A DNA stretch of 59,680 bases from an uncultured Bacteroidales bacterium (GTDB taxonomy: Bacteria > Bacteroidota > Bacteroidia > Bacteroidales > JAAUTT01). A program made the translations under genes and the position numbers. The stretch's first letter is position 1. Each line of letters opens with the position of its first letter. Under the pieces are notes generated by a model that saw nothing but the letters and a program-made list of their open reading frames with translations, ran no database searches and was not told the origin of the DNA. Positions 19,724 to 29,173 of this stretch are shown here, piece by piece. The stretch covers positions 1 to 59,680 of the forward strand of contig CAYZNC010000001.1 in the NCBI GenBank assembly GCA_964478555.1, given 5' to 3'.

Positions 19724-20806
19724 TTACCATTTAATATTTTGATCAATAAATTCGATTAAGCTGTTAGCCATCTCCTTTTGTTCGGCAACATTCGGGTGTC
19801 CATTCGCGTTTTTATAAGCAAAGAAATGAGTATATATCTTAGGATCATTTAATTGTCCAATAGCTGTTTGAATATAACCCGGCCAGGGGGAGCCCTGCCT
19901 GGTAGCATCCATGCAGCCGAGTGCGCAAATAATTGAGGCCTTGGGGTATTTGTTGCGCACGGTGGCAACAAAATTCTTATATGCCGCAATGATAAAGCTT
20001 TCGTCAGGTGCCTTGGAGCCAAATCTGTTCTTAAATTGAGGATGGTTTGGCATTTTAACGAGCCACGAATCGTTTTGAAATAAATTAATCACCACGATAT
20101 CCGGTGTATATTTGGTAAAATCCCATTTGGACGTTGAATCGGTTGGATCTAAACGGTCATACATCTCAGGCATTATAAGCGGGAACCAGCTAATTACAAT
20201 ACCAATGCCACTTTTGGAAGTGCAGTAATATTGAGCGTCAAAGTGACGTGCTGTTATGGCCGCATAAGTAAGGTAATTATTCTCAAAAAAGCCATGCCAC
20301 GAATCTTTACCGCTGCTGTCTTCTATGGCATAGCCACACGTTATGGAATTGCCAAAGAATTCGATTTTTCTCTTTTTCGGGGCAGGTGGTGGTAATAGTT
20401 TTGAATTTTTGGGAATTTCAAAGCCATAGAATAACGTTTTGCCTTTGTCCCACTCGGTACGTTTGAATAATTGAACCAAATGCGCTCCTTCCGGTAAGCC
20501 TGTTGCCAGCGTATAACTATGTTTTACGGTATCGGTATGAAATTTGAAAATTACATTATGGTCGACAATCACGTTGTAATAATTTGCCGTATCCAGATCT
20601 TTCAAAGTAACAGAGACACCATTACCCTCAAACATTATACTTGCTGTGGTGCCTGGCCACGAAAGTTCAGCAGCATCTTGTCTGAACAGAATTCTACCTT
20701 CGTAATAAATCTTAGGGCTGTTAAATGGCACATTGATGTTTTGAGCATTGCATACTCCAAATACGAACAGGATGGATAGGCAGCATAAATTCTTGATCAT
20801 TTGCAT
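19724..20806 (-). CDS. SGNH/GDSL-type hydrolase with N-terminal beta-sandwich, CE2-like acetyl(xylan) esterase
   Basis: 360 aa. Signal peptide ending VCNAQ. About 140-aa N-terminal domain, then SGNH block I FFGNSITCGYA and a C-terminal His block (NGHPN). The size and two-domain layout fit CE2. Family assignment is from motifs only. Confidence 0.7.
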   Translation of the reverse strand: MQMIKNLCCLSILFVFGVCNAQNINVPFNSPKIYYEGRILFRQDAAELSWPGTTASIMFEGNGVSVTLKDLDTANYYNVIVDHNVIFKFHTDTVKHSYTLATGLPEGAHLVQLFKRTEWDKGKTLFYGFEIPKNSKLLPPPAPKKRKIEFFGNSITCGYAIEDSSGKDSWHGFFENNYLTYAAITARHFDAQYYCTSKSGIGIVISWFPLIMPEMYDRLDPTDSTSKWDFTKYTPDIVVINLFQNDSWLVKMPNHPQFKNRFGSKAPDESFIIAAYKNFVATVRNKYPKASIICALGCMDATRQGSPWPGYIQTAIGQLNDPKIYTHFFAYKNANGHPNVAEQKEMANSLIEFIDQNIKW

Positions 20807-21043
20807 CTGACTTTAAGCTAATAAGTTAATAATGGCTATTTGGTTTATTATTTTTATTTTAATATTAGTCAGGAATTTGTTAAAATGCAAATATTTATGA
20901 TTTGAGGTTTTCTGTCAGTCAGTACTCATCGTCTAACATGATTGCGTCGAAAGGTAAGGTATAGATAAAAGGCGCAATCGCATTCATTCTTCGATTTCAA
21001 TGTATTCGTGCGCCAAAAATAGCTTATAGTTTCTAATCTTCTA

Positions 21044-21073
21044 CCGACATATGACCCCGCTGGGGTCGGTTTT
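21044..21073 (-). terminator. Possible hairpin terminator downstream of acnA
   Basis: GACCCC-gct-GGGGTC (21053-21067), 39 nt downstream of the acnA stop, with flanking CCGAC/GTCGG. The T-run is on the plus-strand side only, so its role as a terminator for the minus strand is uncertain. Confidence 0.3.
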
Positions 21074-21105
21074 GAACATATTTTTGAACACTTTGCAAGT
21101 TGATT

Positions 21106-23907
21106 TTAAGCTTTATTTTTTTCAAGAAAACTTCTTAACACATACTGCAATATTCCGCCATTTTTATAGTAAGCTATCTCAATGGGCGAATCAATTCGTG
21201 CAATAACATTGAAAGCTGATTTTGCTCCGGACGGTTTAGAAACGATAACTTTTATTTCTTTATTAGGAGCAATACTTTCCAGGTTCAACATATCGAATGT
21301 TTCATCTCCTTTTAAACCGAGAGAAGAAATATTCTCGCCTTGCCTGAATTGAAGTGGTAAAACTCCCATCCCTACCAGGTTACTACGGTGAATCCTTTCA
21401 AAACTTTCCGCAATAATAGCACGTACCCCTAAAAGCGACACCCCTTTTGCTGCCCAATCCCGTGAGGAGCCACTCCCATATTCCTTACCTGCAAGAATGA
21501 TCAGGGGGATATGTTCTGCCTTGTACTTTTCAGCTGCATCAAATACTGTCATCACTTTATTGTCGGAGAAATACATGGTTAATCCGCCTTCCCTATTCAC
21601 CAATTGATTCTTTAGACGAACATTGGCAAATGTTCCTCGCACCATTACTTCATGATTTCCCCTCCGTGAACCGTAGGAGTTAAAATCCTTTTTAATAATA
21701 CCCAGCGCTTTGAGATAATTACCAGCTGGTGATTCCTCTGCAATGGATCCCGCCGGAGAAATATGATCTGTAGTAATCGAATCGCCAAGTTTCAGTAGCA
21801 CCCTGGCAGATTTAATATCTATGATCTTTTCGGGGGCTGCGGAAATATTTTTAAAAAAAGGTGCTTCTTTGATATAAGATGATTTTGCATCCCAATGATA
21901 GACTTCACTCCTGGAGGTATGCAATTGTTTCCATTTTTCATCTCCTTCGAAAATTCTTGCGTAATTGGATACGTAATCTTTCGCCTCCAAAACGCTATTC
22001 ATAACCGTTTGAATTTCTTCCATAGTTGGCCAAATGTCGCGTAGGTATACCGGTTCAAAATTCGGATCGAATCCCAGCGGCTCTTCATGGAAATTAATAT
22101 CAATTCTTCCCGGTATGGCATAAGCAACTACAAGGAGCGGAGAAACCAGGAAATTCATTTTGATAAGCGGATGGATTCTGGCTTCAAAATTTCTGTTGCC
22201 GGAGAGGACAGAGGCCACAATTAAATCATTTTCAATAATTGCTTTGTTAATATGGACGGGTAATGGTCCGCTGTTTCCTATGCAAGTGGTGCAGCCATAT
22301 CCGACCGTGTGAAATCCCAAAGCCTCGAGGGAGGATAGTAAATTAGCTTTTTCCAGATATTCGGTCACTACTTTTGACCCTGGGGCAAGACTTGTTTTAA
22401 CCCACGGTTGGCTATTCAATCCTTTTTCAACAGCTTTCCTGGCAAGGAGTCCGGCACCTATCATAACACTGGGATTGGAAGTATTCGTGCAACTTGTAAT
22501 TGCTGCTATAACAATAGATCCGTCACTAACCATGTATTCTGCATTATTGACTTTAATTTTTACGCTTTTTAGTCCTGTCTTTATCTCTTTTTCGGTATCT
22601 ATTTGTATACCTATTTCCTCAAGCGTTTGCGTACTTTCATGAGTTTCCGGAAGCTGTCCTTCCGGATGTCCCCCTTCATTCGCCCATCTTCCTTCGGCCC
22701 TGCCATCCAGTGTAACATAATTTCTTGCATAGGTACTTTTCAGAATATCAATAAATTTCGGTTTTACCTGAACAAGAGGGATTTTATCCTGAGGCCGTTT
22801 AGGGCCGGCAATGGACGGTTCTATGTCATCTAACTTCAATTCTACAACCTCTGTAAATTTGATTTTATCTTCATTTTCCCTCCATAAAAGATTTGTTTTC
22901 AGATATTTTTCTGCGGTCTCTATCTGTTTATTGTCTCTTCCTGTAATCCGTAAATATTCCAGTGTTTTTTGATCAGGCGGGAAATAGGTCACTGTACATC
23001 CGAATTCGGGTGACATGTTTGAGATTGTGGACCTGTCGGGCACTGTCAGGTTATTTAACCCATTTCCAAAGACTTCCACAAATTTTCCTACAACACCTTT
23101 TTTTCGTAACAATTCGGCCACCGCCAATACTAAATCCGTTGAGGTTGTACCTTCCTTCATGTTTCCGGTTAGTTTTAATCCGATAACTTCCGGAAGCATA
23201 TTATAGATGGGTTGTCCAAGCATTACAGCTTCAGCTTCTATGCCGCCGACGCCCCATCCTATTACACCAATTCCGTTTACCATAGGAGTATGGGAATCGG
23301 TACCTACCAAAGTATCCGGAAATATGAGTCCATTTCTCATAGTGACCACGGTGGCCAGATACTCAAGATTTACCTGATGGCAAATGCCCATGCCAGGAGG
23401 CAGTACATTGAAATTTTCGAATGACGATTTAGCCCACTTTAGCAATACATATCGTTCATTGTTGCGTTCATATTCCAGTTCCACATTTCTTTCGAATGCA
23501 TAGTTTGTACCATAAAAATCGACCTGCACGGAATGGTCGATGATCAGATCAACAGGGACCTGCGGATTAATTTGGGACTTGGTGTTTTTGCGGGCTACTT
23601 CTGATCGTATGGATGCTATATCCACGATAGAAGGAACACCTGTAAAGTCTTGCATCAGGACTCTTGCGGGTAAGTATGGTATTTCATTAAGTGCAGGCTT
23701 GGGTTTCCAGTTTACTATATTGTCGAAGTGAGTTTTCGTAAATGTATCACCGTTGATATTACGAATTACATTTTCAAGCAGAATGCGGATTGAAAAGGGG
23801 AATTCTTCAATATCAATGTCATTCTTATGCAGGTCTCTTAAGCTATAATAGGTAAACTCACCAAGGGGCGTTGTCATTTTTTTACGCAATTCGGCAATTC
23901 CATCCAT
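21106..23907 (-). CDS. acnA: Aconitate hydratase A
   Basis: Motifs ARVLMQDFTGVPSIVDIASIR and GTDSHTPMVNG. Fe-S ligand regions ITSCTNTSNP and GCTTCIGNSG. C-terminal swivel domain (GKEYGSGSSRDWAAKG). The longest ORF starts at 23943. The ATG at 23907 (MDGIAELRKK...) or at 23877 fits the usual N-terminus better, so the start is uncertain. Confidence 0.93.
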   Translation of the reverse strand: MDGIAELRKKMTTPLGEFTYYSLRDLHKNDIDIEEFPFSIRILLENVIRNINGDTFTKTHFDNIVNWKPKPALNEIPYLPARVLMQDFTGVPSIVDIASIRSEVARKNTKSQINPQVPVDLIIDHSVQVDFYGTNYAFERNVELEYERNNERYVLLKWAKSSFENFNVLPPGMGICHQVNLEYLATVVTMRNGLIFPDTLVGTDSHTPMVNGIGVIGWGVGGIEAEAVMLGQPIYNMLPEVIGLKLTGNMKEGTTSTDLVLAVAELLRKKGVVGKFVEVFGNGLNNLTVPDRSTISNMSPEFGCTVTYFPPDQKTLEYLRITGRDNKQIETAEKYLKTNLLWRENEDKIKFTEVVELKLDDIEPSIAGPKRPQDKIPLVQVKPKFIDILKSTYARNYVTLDGRAEGRWANEGGHPEGQLPETHESTQTLEEIGIQIDTEKEIKTGLKSVKIKVNNAEYMVSDGSIVIAAITSCTNTSNPSVMIGAGLLARKAVEKGLNSQPWVKTSLAPGSKVVTEYLEKANLLSSLEALGFHTVGYGCTTCIGNSGPLPVHINKAIIENDLIVASVLSGNRNFEARIHPLIKMNFLVSPLLVVAYAIPGRIDINFHEEPLGFDPNFEPVYLRDIWPTMEEIQTVMNSVLEAKDYVSNYARIFEGDEKWKQLHTSRSEVYHWDAKSSYIKEAPFFKNISAAPEKIIDIKSARVLLKLGDSITTDHISPAGSIAEESPAGNYLKALGIIKKDFNSYGSRRGNHEVMVRGTFANVRLKNQLVNREGGLTMYFSDNKVMTVFDAAEKYKAEHIPLIILAGKEYGSGSSRDWAAKGVSLLGVRAIIAESFERIHRSNLVGMGVLPLQFRQGENISSLGLKGDETFDMLNLESIAPNKEIKVIVSKPSGAKSAFNVIARIDSPIEIAYYKNGGILQYVLRSFLEKNKA

Positions 23908-24093
23908 AACATAAAGTTTTATGATCTTATAAATGTGTAACAATGCGTTAGCCTATTTGTTTTTATTTTTTAAGTTAGATTGAGAAACTTATGATGGATG
24001 TAATCATAAATGATTGGAACATTAGTTGATATTCATTGTTATAGAATTGCAATTTCACATGACTTACAGGTAGTTAATAAAAGAATATGCAAT

Positions 24094-24648
24094 ATGAAAA
24101 AGAGCGATTCAGCCAATCATTCAGGGAAAAAGCGGCACAGAACTTTAAAATTTGCCTTTTTCCTGTTACTCGTTGCGGGTGCCGTTTTGTTATGGGCTAA
24201 CATAAAAATAAAAGCGGAGGAAAAAGAAATGAATACAATGGAAAATCGATTTACAAACGAAAAGAAACAACTCGTAAACCTTTATGATAGCATGGCAATT
24301 ACAGACATGGAACTTACGGCCAGGGTTTTCTCATGGGCCATAAGGAGTGCAATGATAAATGAGAATTTGGAACAGGTAAATGAATATTTTGTAAATTTTA
24401 TAAAAGAACCCGGTATCAGCAAAGTTCAACTTATTGATGCTCCATCTGCAAGAGTCCTTATATCTACCGATAAGAAAGATGAGGGCAAGGCTGTTACGGA
24501 AAGCAGCATTCTTGAGGCTGAAACTACTCATCACATAAACAGTAAAGGCCCAAACGAAATAATAGTTAGTCCTGTAATGGGGCTGAACTCCAAAATCGGG
24601 ATCCTGGTAATCGAGAAAAAGAAAATAGAAAAAGCAGATAAAGAATGA
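24094..24648 (+). CDS. Hypothetical membrane-anchored protein
   Basis: The ATG at 24094 gives a basic N-terminus plus one TM helix (FAFFLLLVAGAVLLWANI). The ORF-track start at 24010 adds an unlikely leader. No recognisable catalytic motif. Confidence 0.55.
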   Translation: MKKSDSANHSGKKRHRTLKFAFFLLLVAGAVLLWANIKIKAEEKEMNTMENRFTNEKKQLVNLYDSMAITDMELTARVFSWAIRSAMINENLEQVNEYFVNFIKEPGISKVQLIDAPSARVLISTDKKDEGKAVTESSILEAETTHHINSKGPNEIIVSPVMGLNSKIGILVIEKKKIEKADKE

Positions 24649-25011
24649 TAGACATATACCGTTTAATGACCTTGTGATAACCGAGGCTGGATTGAAAATG
24701 ACAAATAATATTTAACCCCCCATTGCATAATAACCTGGAATCATCGTTAATAGATTCTATAGTTTATGACAGACGTCGTACGGTAGTGGGAAGCTTCATA
24801 TTCAAGATATTCAACTGCGCACTTCGCCATTAAACAATACAATTCCCACCTATGCGGTGATCTTACGGATGCCAGGGTTCCGGGAATGTCAATGAGTTGT
24901 TTCAATAAAATCCGAATATTTAGTTGAAAATTTGCATTTGCTTAACGTTAGCGTAACATTTCATGAATATTTTTGGTCCTTGTCATTAAACAACCAAAAT
25001 ATCATTGAATC

Positions 25012-25527
25012 ATGAAGAAAAATTTAGTTTTGTTAGTATTAATCAGTAGTGTAGTATTTGGTGCTAAAGCACAGCATTTTAAAACAACAACCATAAACGG
25101 CAAGGTTTGGATGGCTGAAAATCTTAATATGGTTATTCCTGGAAGTTCGGAGTATAACTTTGATCCAGAATTGGGTCGCAAATATGGTCGTTTATATACC
25201 TGGGATGCATCTAAAAAGGCATGCCCATCGGGATGGCATCTTCCTACGGAACAGGAATGGGATCAAATGATTGACTATGTTGGTGGAGAAGGCAAGGCGG
25301 GCAAACAATTAAAACCCGGAAGTAGTTTTGGATTTAACGCACTTTTAGGTGGTCTTACAGATGTGAGTAATTTCAGGCTGATAGGTTATTATGGTACTTT
25401 TTGGTCAGCTTCAGGCTATGATCAGGATCATGCCTGGTATTTTTTTATAACCCCCAGCGACTTTATTACCAAGACCTATTTCAGAAAAACGTATGGTTTT
25501 TCAGTGCGTTGTATCAAGAATGATTAA
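25012..25527 (+). CDS. Secreted protein with Fibrobacter succinogenes major paralogous (FISUMP) domain
   Basis: 171 aa. Signal peptide. Characteristic pattern NGKVWMAENLN...YGRLYTWDAS...CPSGWHLPTEQEWDQM...GFNALLGG...FWSAS...GFSVRCIKN. Confidence 0.8.
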   Translation: MKKNLVLLVLISSVVFGAKAQHFKTTTINGKVWMAENLNMVIPGSSEYNFDPELGRKYGRLYTWDASKKACPSGWHLPTEQEWDQMIDYVGGEGKAGKQLKPGSSFGFNALLGGLTDVSNFRLIGYYGTFWSASGYDQDHAWYFFITPSDFITKTYFRKTYGFSVRCIKND

Positions 25528-25653
25528 CCAATTATTTTTTCAGGTTAACAAAATTTAATGCTGGCTTAATGCCTCCTTAAAATAAAATATTCAACTTTAT
25601 ACTCAGAATAAAAAAGTTAAATTGATTAGTTAGTTAGTTAGTTATATAGTTGT

Positions 25654-25688
25654 AAAGAGCCTTTCGTGAGAACTGCTCTTTTTTTTTG
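25654..25688 (+). terminator. Probable intrinsic terminator between convergent genes
   Basis: Stem AAAGAGC (25654-25660) / GCTCTTT (25675-25681) followed by a run of T. It lies between the FISUMP gene stop and the rsmA stop. The loop is long (14 nt), so support is moderate. Confidence 0.4.
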
Positions 25689-25735
25689 CTTCGGACATAT
25701 CAAATGGCACTCAACCCCAATGTGATTGTGGTTGT

Positions 25736-26515
25736 TCAAATTGAATGTTTGCGGGCAGCAATCCAGTTTGTTAATGCCACAAATTGATCAACACTGAGCT
25801 GTTCAGGCCTTTTCTGTAAAATTTCATTGGGTTGGGAACTCAAAATCAGCTTTTTTAATGAATTATGCAAGGTCTTTCTGCGCTGATTAAAAGCTGTTTT
25901 CACAACGGTATAAAATAATTGCTCATCGCATTCAAGTGTTGTTGTGGTGTTGCGTTTCAACCTTATAACGGCAGATTTGACTTTTGGAGGCGGTACAAAA
26001 ACATTTTCTGAAACCTTAAAAAGAAGCTCGATATGGTAAAATGCCTGCAACAATACACTCATAATACCATAGGTTTTGCTTCCGGGAGGTGCAGCAATTC
26101 GTTCGGCTACTTCTTTCTGTATCATGCCTACCACCTCGGGAATTTGGTCTTTGTGTTCCAGAATTTTAAAAAAAATCTGCGATGAAATATTGTAAGGGAA
26201 ATTTCCAATAACTGCGAATGGACTGTTAAATAGCTTCGATAGTTCAAGCTTTAGAAAATCATCTGCAATGATGCGTTTTCTCAATTCCGGAAAATTACTT
26301 TCAAGATACTCCACCGATTCACTGTCAATCTCTACCACATAAGTAGTGTATGCCTTATTTTCCAGGAGATATTGGGTAAGGACACCCATACCTGGCCCTA
26401 TTTCCAAAACGGTATTAACATTTTCAGCTATCAGGCTCGAAACTATTTTACGTGCAATATTCTGGTCCTTTAAAAAATGTTGTCCGAGTTTTTTTTTGGC
26501 TTTTACGTAGGTCAT
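25736..26515 (-). CDS. rsmA: 16S rRNA (adenine1518/1519-N6)-dimethyltransferase
   Basis: 259 aa. [22 protein letters not shown]-binding [23 protein letters not shown]. Confidence 0.93.
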   Translation of the reverse strand: MTYVKAKKKLGQHFLKDQNIARKIVSSLIAENVNTVLEIGPGMGVLTQYLLENKAYTTYVVEIDSESVEYLESNFPELRKRIIADDFLKLELSKLFNSPFAVIGNFPYNISSQIFFKILEHKDQIPEVVGMIQKEVAERIAAPPGSKTYGIMSVLLQAFYHIELLFKVSENVFVPPPKVKSAVIRLKRNTTTTLECDEQLFYTVVKTAFNQRRKTLHNSLKKLILSSQPNEILQKRPEQLSVDQFVALTNWIAARKHSI

Positions 26516-26653
26516 CCGAGGAATTTTGAGTTCGCAAATTAGTTAGAAAAGTGAAATCTTTTAGCATGATGTGAATTTTTTCCGTTTTTATCTTCATCAT
26601 TTTAAGGAAAACTTGTAAATTTGAGTATATCCTTTAGGAATTAATTCAAGTTG

Positions 26654-28327
26654 ATGAAGAAACTATACTCACTTAAAATTGCCGGGAAGATTGGCTCCGG
26701 GTTTGGAATACTCGCCTTGGCCATTATACTCAATGCATATTTTACCAATGAGGTACTGAACAAGAGTCGCAAATTAAACGAACAAATTACAACAGTTTAC
26801 CAACCATCGGAAGAACTGCTGGTACGTCTGCGCGATATGATCAACAATTCTCAGATGCTCATTAAAAGCTGGGTTTTTGTGGAAAAAGTTGCAGATACCC
26901 CTGATAAACTTAAGCTTGTAAAATTACACAACCAGGATTATCCTTTACTTCAGCGTAAATTGTCCAAGATTTCAGATGAATGGGTCGATAGCACTCGGAT
27001 TAAATTTCAAAATCTTTCCTTATCCATTGATACATTGTTTACTATGCATCACACGGTAATGGATCTGTTAACCAGCATGGCTGCCTACGATGACGCCAAC
27101 CTGATGTTCCTTAGAATTACGCCTTTAGTATCTTCAGATAGTGGTGCGCTGATTATTAAAAAAACCAGTGAGATATTGTCTAACCTCGACAAATTGATCA
27201 GTATTCAGCAAGCTACGGTTTCTAAACGGCAGCAAGCTATGAATGAGTCGTTTAAAGGATTGCAAAATTTTATTTTTCTTACTTGCTTGGTTCTCATTGG
27301 AGTGTCGTTGTTATTGGCATTTTTCACCGTGCGTTCGTTGGTTGTGCCTGTAAAATATTTGAAAAAACTCCTTCGTTCAATGAGCAGGGGTATTTTGCCC
27401 AATAGGACAATAAGGGAAAGCGGTGATGAGATAGGTGAAATGACAAAAGCGCTCAACGAATTAGTCTCGGGATTAAAAGCTTTATCTGGGTTTGCTCTCG
27501 AAATTGGTCGTGGAAATTACGATAGTGATTTTAAGCCTCTTAGCGACGATGATGTGTTGGGTAATGCATTACTTCGTATGCGCGATGATCTGAAATCAGC
27601 CACTGTGGAAGATGCCAAGCGGAAACTTGAAGATGAGCAACGCAACTGGGCAACAACCGGTGTTGCAAAATTCAGTGATGTTCTGCGACACGACAATGAC
27701 AAGCTCGATGTCCTTTCCTACAACGTCATCAGCAACCTGGTTAAGTACATGGATGCTAATCAGGGAGGCATTTTTATTGTAAATGACAATGATCAGTCGA
27801 ATGTATTTATTGAATTGGTGGCTTGTTACGCTTTTAGTCAGAAAAGACATCTCGAAAAAAATATACAATTAGGCGAAGGCCTTGTAGGGCGATGTATTCT
27901 GGAAAAGGAAACCATCTACCTCACCGATATACCTGATAGCTACATAAAAATAAATTCAGGTCTGGGGGATTCAAACCCACGTAGCTTGTTATTGGTTCCT
28001 TTAGCTATGAATGATGACGTATTTGGTGTAATTGAGATTGCTTCATTCAAAGAAATTCAGGCCTATCAAATTGAATTTGTAGTGAAAATAGCCGAGATCA
28101 TAGCTGCAACATTATCGACAGTAAAAATCAACATGAAAACTACCGATTTGCTTGAACAATCACGCATTCAAGCAGAAGAACTTGCCGCTCAGGAAGAAGA
28201 GATGCGTCAAAATATGGAGGAATTGCGGGCAACACAAGAGCAATCATCTCGTAAAGAGCAAGAGCTGCAGGTAGCACTTGAAGACATGCAGCGCAAAATC
28301 GATGGTAATAAGAGACGGTCAAATTAA
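26654..28327 (+). CDS. Membrane sensor protein with HAMP and GAF domains and a C-terminal coiled coil; no recognisable output domain
   Basis: N-terminal TM, ~180-aa extracytoplasmic helical region, second TM (FIFLTCLVLIGVSLLLAFF), HAMP (VPVKYLKKLLRSMSRGILP...GDEIGEMTKALNEL), GAF-like region (GGIFIVND...LVGRCILEKETIYLTDIP...VPLAMNDDVFGVIEIASF), then AEELAAQEEEMRQNMEELRATQEQ. The ORF-track start at 26651 is TTG. The ATG is at 26654. Confidence 0.75.
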   Translation: MKKLYSLKIAGKIGSGFGILALAIILNAYFTNEVLNKSRKLNEQITTVYQPSEELLVRLRDMINNSQMLIKSWVFVEKVADTPDKLKLVKLHNQDYPLLQRKLSKISDEWVDSTRIKFQNLSLSIDTLFTMHHTVMDLLTSMAAYDDANLMFLRITPLVSSDSGALIIKKTSEILSNLDKLISIQQATVSKRQQAMNESFKGLQNFIFLTCLVLIGVSLLLAFFTVRSLVVPVKYLKKLLRSMSRGILPNRTIRESGDEIGEMTKALNELVSGLKALSGFALEIGRGNYDSDFKPLSDDDVLGNALLRMRDDLKSATVEDAKRKLEDEQRNWATTGVAKFSDVLRHDNDKLDVLSYNVISNLVKYMDANQGGIFIVNDNDQSNVFIELVACYAFSQKRHLEKNIQLGEGLVGRCILEKETIYLTDIPDSYIKINSGLGDSNPRSLLLVPLAMNDDVFGVIEIASFKEIQAYQIEFVVKIAEIIAATLSTVKINMKTTDLLEQSRIQAEELAAQEEEMRQNMEELRATQEQSSRKEQELQVALEDMQRKIDGNKRRSN

Positions 28328-28425
28328 ACGAGATATACCTTTAATTTCACTCTATAAGGAGACCTCAAAGGTTTTCAAAATGACCCCCAACTCCTCAGAC
28401 AAGTGATGACTGAACTTATTAGATA

Positions 28426-28911
28426 TTAAGTCATTTTCCTCACCTTCATCACATCTTTACATTCGTCTAAAAGCTGCTGCATCGTTTTTTTCAAAACAGG
28501 ATGCCACAGATTTGCGGCTATCTCAGTTAAGGGTTCCAGTACAAACCTTCGTTCCGGCATTTTCAGGTGAGGAATTTGCAAATCATCTGTCCTTATGATC
28601 CAATCATTATAAAGCAGTATATCAATATCTATAGTGCGGGCTGTGTATTGCACCTCTTCCCTGATTCTTCCAAGTGAATTCTCTATTTTTTGAGTTTCTC
28701 CCAATAAATTATGGGGGGCGAGATTGGTTTGCACGCAAATCACCTGGTTTAGAAATGTATTTTCGTGAACAAATCCCCATGGTTCAGTGTCATAAATGGC
28801 AGATTTTTTTGAAATAGCGCCAATATTTTTTTCGACAAGTTGGGATGCTTCTTCTAATAATTTTAGGCGATCTCCTAAATTGCTACCGAAGATCAAATAT
28901 GTGGTATTCAT
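28426..28911 (-). CDS. folK: 2-amino-4-hydroxy-6-hydroxymethyldihydropteridine diphosphokinase (HPPK)
   Basis: 161 aa. IFGSNLGDR, YDTEPWGF, FLNQV, RTIDIDILLY, IPHLKMPERRFVLEPL. Confidence 0.9.
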   Translation of the reverse strand: MNTTYLIFGSNLGDRLKLLEEASQLVEKNIGAISKKSAIYDTEPWGFVHENTFLNQVICVQTNLAPHNLLGETQKIENSLGRIREEVQYTARTIDIDILLYNDWIIRTDDLQIPHLKMPERRFVLEPLTEIAANLWHPVLKKTMQQLLDECKDVMKVRKMT

Positions 28912-29173
28912 GAAATTAAGAAATAAGGATGTGCAATGTTTTTAAATTTTTATATCGAAAATCGACTTACATCATCAGGTAAACATACGGATAATCAAAT
29001 AAATAATTTACAAAATAAAACATTACATTAACCAAAAAATTCAAAACAATGATTTTTTTGGTTATTTTAGCTAAATTAAAATTTTCGAGTGATGGAAGTT
29101 TCCGCGATTAATGTATTCACGCTGCTTCGAACCTTAAAATTCTCTGTCAATTTATAAACTTAATTTTGTTCCT

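Noticed and set aside
25626-25644. (TTAG)n microsatellite, 4.75 units, giving stops in all three frames
   Set aside because: It is short and intergenic, between convergent genes in AT-rich DNA. Nothing suggests phase variation because no coding or promoter element is affected.
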